Of a stretch of 64,000 bases of DNA, positions 62,501 through 64,000 are shown piece by piece (positions within the stretch are counted from its first letter, which is position 1; each line of letters opens with the position of its first letter). The DNA is from Eledone cirrhosa. Lineage: Eukaryota. The stretch is taken from the NCBI GenBank assembly GCA_964016885.1, contig OZ024750.1:25544001-25608000 (forward strand), written 5' to 3'. The translations under genes and the position numbers were made by a program. The notes beneath the pieces are model-generated. The model saw nothing but the letters and a program-made list of their open reading frames with translations, was not told the origin of the DNA and did not search any database.

Positions 62501-62894
62501 TATATATATATCATATAAACGAGAGAAAAATGCGAGGTAAAAATTCTGAATACATATATTTGTGTAGCAACATTTAATAGTAGGCTTTACACACACGCAC
62601 ACATATATATTATATATATATATAAAATCACAATCATCATCATCATCATAGACATATGTCGTATATATATAAAAGAAATAAACAAAGAGGCGATGTCACC
62701 ATGTGAGTGGATCTCAATTAATGAACTCTTAATAATTAATTAAAATTAATTTGATATCCATTTAAAATTTAAAATATAACACTGAATAAAATAAAAAAGA
62801 TTGAAATATTTCCAAGATATTACCTGGGTTGTTCATCTGTAGAAAACCCAATTTTAGCAAAGCCGGCTCCGTTGTCTAAAACAACCACCGCCAT
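43383..62894 (-). CDS. ACTR6: Actin-related protein 6 (ARP6, SWR1/SRCAP H2A.Z-deposition complex subunit), 12-exon gene, 396 aa
   Basis: Exon lengths 71+118+69+124+139+57+99+121+124+76+63+130 = 1191 nt. Translation MAVVVLDNGAGFAKIG...LYYLLPFQKGYLINWE...TEPHFNF...VIDSGYSFSH...[41 protein letters not shown]...RDYVLPDY...NERFSVPEILFHPS...LTGGN...AWHGG...YEEYGHSICADKFSV* matches ARP6 signature motifs. All introns are GT-AG with consistent phases. Confidence 0.96.
43534..43767 (+). mobile_element. TTAA MITE family 1 next to the last ACTR6 acceptor
   Basis: ttaaccatttagcattta...gagagaattctggccggatac. Confidence 0.7.
44060..45630. repeat. 37-bp minisatellite, about 40 copies
   Basis: tttgagggacaatagcctcacacagtgatatcatctc. 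Confidence 0.97.
45968..46210 (-). mobile_element. RTE-LINE 3'UTR-type element carrying about 1.25 copies of the 112-bp unit
   Basis: Near-identical to 7637-7880. Confidence 0.8.
46423..46469 (-). ncRNA. Candidate minimal type I hammerhead ribozyme motif (Penelope-like element remnant)
   Basis: GGCU-CUGAAGA-stem II-GAAAC-acu-GUU-AGCU followed by AAUAAA; the stem II closing pair is U.U, which is non-canonical. Confidence 0.4.
46665..47670 (-). mobile_element. Non-autonomous Helitron (1006 bp)
   Basis: A|TCTATATATATAAAAC 5' end, GTCT microsatellite, 3' hairpin CCCGAGCAACGCCGGG then CTAG|T; no TSD; CpG-rich; internal approximately 80-bp duplication at 47305-47460. Confidence 0.8.
47975..48180 (+). 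mobile_element. RTE-type LINE 3' end with (CTGAGT)n tail
   Basis: KVLKWSPQGSRRRGRPKMNWRQTVERDL. Confidence 0.8.
48207..48269 (-). CDS. ACTR6: ACTR6 exon 11 (VKEVRSMIPVEYDLRVTMPE)
   Basis: tttcag|T ... GAA|gtaaga; 63 nt. Confidence 0.92.
48521..48707. mobile_element. (TA)n-embedded one-sided hairpin element (60-bp arms, 48587-48707)
   Basis: Palindrome with a 1-nt centre and 2 mismatches; unpaired segment homologous to 5161-5239. Confidence 0.65.
48950..49152. repeat. (GAT/GGT)n trinucleotide tract
   Basis: Source of spurious poly-H/M ORFs. Confidence 0.9.
49203..49278 (-). CDS. ACTR6: ACTR6 exon 10 (MEPHLLNNILLTGGNCLLPGFKNR)
   Basis: caacag|AA ... TTT|gtaagt; 76 nt. Confidence 0.93.
49361..49641. 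mobile_element. hAT-type MITE (281 bp)
   Basis: TIR agaggcataacta / tagttatgcctct; 8-bp TSD ACTGTTAT on both sides. Confidence 0.8.
49650..50690. repeat. Approximately 39-51-bp minisatellite containing TAACCC-like hexamers
   Basis: ccatatataccggtatacaactcgtagataaccttaactctaaccctaata; more degenerate at the left. Confidence 0.9.
50803..50905. mobile_element. Small TTAA-flanked MITE
   Basis: ttaacctttagcacacta / tagcgcgttgaaggttaa. Confidence 0.45.
51346..51580. repeat. Degenerate (TG)n microsatellite
   Basis: TG-rich tract. Confidence 0.85.
51590..51797 (+). mobile_element. RTE/RTEX-type LINE 3' end with (TGG)n tail
   Basis: LLLWSP...LSFPDVISRDTG...AMGDRGFW, homologous in pattern to the C-terminus of the 20780 element. 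Confidence 0.65.
51900..52023 (-). CDS. ACTR6: ACTR6 exon 9 (LIRVTNERFSVPEILFHPSNVGIEEMGIAE...VPK)
   Basis: tttaag|TTA ... AAG|gttgga; 124 nt. Confidence 0.93.
52330..53947. repeat. 51-bp minisatellite, about 31 copies
   Basis: tgtgaaggtacatggtcctatagttaagttatagtaccttatatacaccaa; source of the spurious 556-aa ORF. Confidence 0.97.
54205..54325 (-). CDS. ACTR6: ACTR6 exon 8 (SCRNDNMIGRDYVLPDY...ENEQ)
   Basis: acacag|G ... CAA|gtgagt; 121 nt. Confidence 0.93.
54674..54772 (-). CDS. ACTR6: ACTR6 exon 7 ([32 protein letters not shown])
   Basis: ttctag|G ... AAA|gtaaat; 99 nt. Confidence 0.94.
55111..55167 (-). CDS. ACTR6: ACTR6 exon 6 ([18 protein letters not shown])
   Basis: ttttag|G ... CCG|gtaagt; 57 nt. 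Confidence 0.94.
55757..55941 (-). mobile_element. TTAA MITE family 1, complete
   Basis: TTAA|CCCTTTA...TAAAGGG|TTAA. Confidence 0.85.
56160..56545. repeat. Approximately 26-28-bp minisatellite
   Basis: tcatcatctctcactttcatcaccag. Confidence 0.85.
56940..57187. repeat. 36-bp minisatellite, 7 copies, palindromic unit, inside a putative TTAA MITE (about 56780-57276)
   Basis: ctttgaagttatgaactgttggaaacgagttcataa. Confidence 0.92.
57287..57425 (-). CDS. ACTR6: ACTR6 exon 5 (SHLSDY...VIDSGYSFSHLAPY...AVK)
   Basis: cttcag|CC ... AAG|gtaaac; 139 nt. Confidence 0.93.
57449..57625. repeat. 31-bp minisatellite, about 6 copies
   Basis: catgagttaggactggagtgaggggtgagta. Confidence 0.85.
58030..58153 (-). 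CDS. ACTR6: ACTR6 exon 4 (VNFSETTLIVTEPHFNF...IYRTN)
   Basis: ttacag|GTA ... ATG|gtaaga; 124 nt; acceptor region triplicated upstream. Confidence 0.92.
58104..58332. repeat. 76-bp tandem triplication spanning the ACTR6 intron 3/exon 4 boundary
   Basis: aagttaaagtgagg at 58104, 58180 and 58256. Confidence 0.95.
58352..58585 (-). mobile_element. TTAA MITE family 1 with a small foldback insertion
   Basis: TTAA|CCCTTTAGCA...TGCTAAAGGG|TTAA. Confidence 0.82.
59148..59216 (-). CDS. ACTR6: ACTR6 exon 3 (GYLINWEIEKQLWDYLFGKDLLK)
   Basis: taacag|GGT ... AAG|gtgagt; 69 nt. Confidence 0.94.
59689..59950 (+). mobile_element. tRNA-derived SINE, family B head with alternative 3' body
   Basis: Head near-identical to the 10355 copy up to ttactcagctg, then aaccctgcgatggactgg...gcc. 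Confidence 0.85.
60021..61160 (-). mobile_element. RTE-LINE 3'UTR-type element with an expanded 46-48-bp VNTR (about 15 homogeneous copies, 60390-61100)
   Basis: cactttacatggtggactgggtgctttctgttctggcaccagcactac; (cat)n tail at the left. Confidence 0.85.
61248..61365 (-). CDS. ACTR6: ACTR6 exon 2 (NVPNCVSKAK...LLPFQK)
   Basis: tttcag|G ... AAG|gttctg; 118 nt. Confidence 0.93.
61400..61800. repeat. Degenerate (TG/TATG)n microsatellite
   Basis: TG-rich tract. Confidence 0.85.
62023..62243 (+). mobile_element. SINE family A
   Basis: ggattggcagtattcggtagag...ggggtcgataaaataaagtaccag...ttgtgcctaaa. Confidence 0.8.
62824..62894 (-). CDS. ACTR6: ACTR6 exon 1 (MAVVVLDNGAGFAKIGFSTDEQP)
   Basis: ATG in ataATGGCG context; donor CAG|gtaata. 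Confidence 0.93.
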
Positions 62895-63380
62895 TATACC
62901 AGAAAGAGAACTTATCTGTCACTGTTGTAAATAAACAACATTTAATTTCGTCTATATCTATCATCTAAATTGGGGGAATTTTTAAATCATATTATTCATT
63001 TAAGAAAGTGTTAATATTTTTTATTTATATATTATTTTATTATTAATGAAGTTTAAAAAGAATTATCGTAAACAAAGTGCGTGTATATTGGGGGTAAAGT
63101 TGGGGAAAAGCGGCGTAATTAAAAATGGGTGAGTAAAAAAACTATCTTGGTTTTAGTGAATAACCGAAACGAATATGTTTCATTTTAGCGTGGATGTTTT
63201 TTTACCCTTTACCTTTTATATCTTTATATAAACGTGGATTTTTTTTTAAAAACCCGCCCGCTTCTTTTTTCTATAAACGTGGATTATCTATAAATTTGGA
63301 TTTAAAAAAAACAAACTGCCCGCTGTTTTTTTTTTTAGTATAAAGATAGATTTTTACATATACATGAAACGTTAAATATA
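62895..63380 (-). promoter_or_regulatory. ACTR6 5'UTR/promoter region
   Basis: Directly upstream of the ATG; CpG-retaining; GC-box-like CCCGCCCGC (about 63253) and repeated (A/G)CGTGGAT motifs. Confidence 0.5.
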
Positions 63381-63744
63381 TTTAGTTTTATATGAAATTA
63401 TTGTTTTTTTTCATTTTCTTGAAAATTCTCTATCCTCTGACTTCAGTATTAATTTATTAAGGATGAAGTTTTCATCCACAAAAAGGGGATGGAAAATATA
63501 CTAAAAGAAAATGTACTCTGTTTTGGTAATTCAGAAAAGTCAAATTATTTTTTACATTCTCTAATATTGCTGGTTTTATTTTCAATAACAACACATTTCT
63601 TTATTTACCAATGTTGATTCAAGAATTCCCTGTAATTTCCACAGCTGATGCTAAACAGGGTTCAACATTTTCAGAAAAGTGGGACGACTTGGTTTCTGTT
63701 TTCACATTGTTTAAATATCTTGGAGAATGAAGGGTAGCACAGAT

Positions 63745-64000
63745 AGTAGTGTTAAATAGGGTGGATTAAGTCTACCACTGCCCAGTATGTCAGGATCATA
63801 TGGTAGTCTTAAACAGGGTGGATTAATTATACCACTGCCCAGTATGTCAGGATCAAATGGTAGTGTTAAACAGGGTGGATTAAGTCTGCCACCACCCACA
63901 TTGACAGGCTCAGCTAGTTGTGTTAAACAGGGTGGATTAAGTCTACTGCCACCCACATAGGTCTACCATCACCCAGTATGTCAGGATCAAATGGTAGTTA
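63745..64000. repeat. 57-bp minisatellite running to the window edge
   Basis: tagtgttaaacagggtggattaagtctaccactgcccagtatgtcaggatcaaatgg. Confidence 0.8.

Overview
AT-rich, repeat-dense eukaryotic genomic DNA. The SINE/RTE-LINE/MITE complement suggests a coleoid cephalopod (Octopus-like); this is inference. I reconstructed two convergent spliced genes by hand. UBE2S (+) has coding exons 34146-34293, 34660-34850, 38570-38703 and 40045-40201; its ATG probably lies in an upstream exon at 31625-31785. ACTR6/ARP6 (-) has 12 exons spanning 62894-43383 (1191 nt, 396 aa, all GT-AG, phases consistent). A CpG-retaining promoter-like region lies at about 2.2-2.6 kb. The rest is intronic or intergenic: tRNA-derived SINEs, 5'-truncated RTE-type LINEs, TTAA and hAT MITEs, non-autonomous Helitrons, a solo LTR and many mini/microsatellites. 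Nearly all supplied ORFs are repeat artefacts. Most interesting: (1) a dispersed family of short one-sided long-hairpin elements in (TA)n tracts whose arms co-vary between copies; (2) tandem duplications of real splice sites, including a triplicated ACTR6 acceptor with recursive-splicing-like AG|GT junctions and UBE2S donor copies that have all lost GT; (3) a hammerhead-like motif in a Penelope-like remnant; (4) satellites seeded from LINE and MITE parts.
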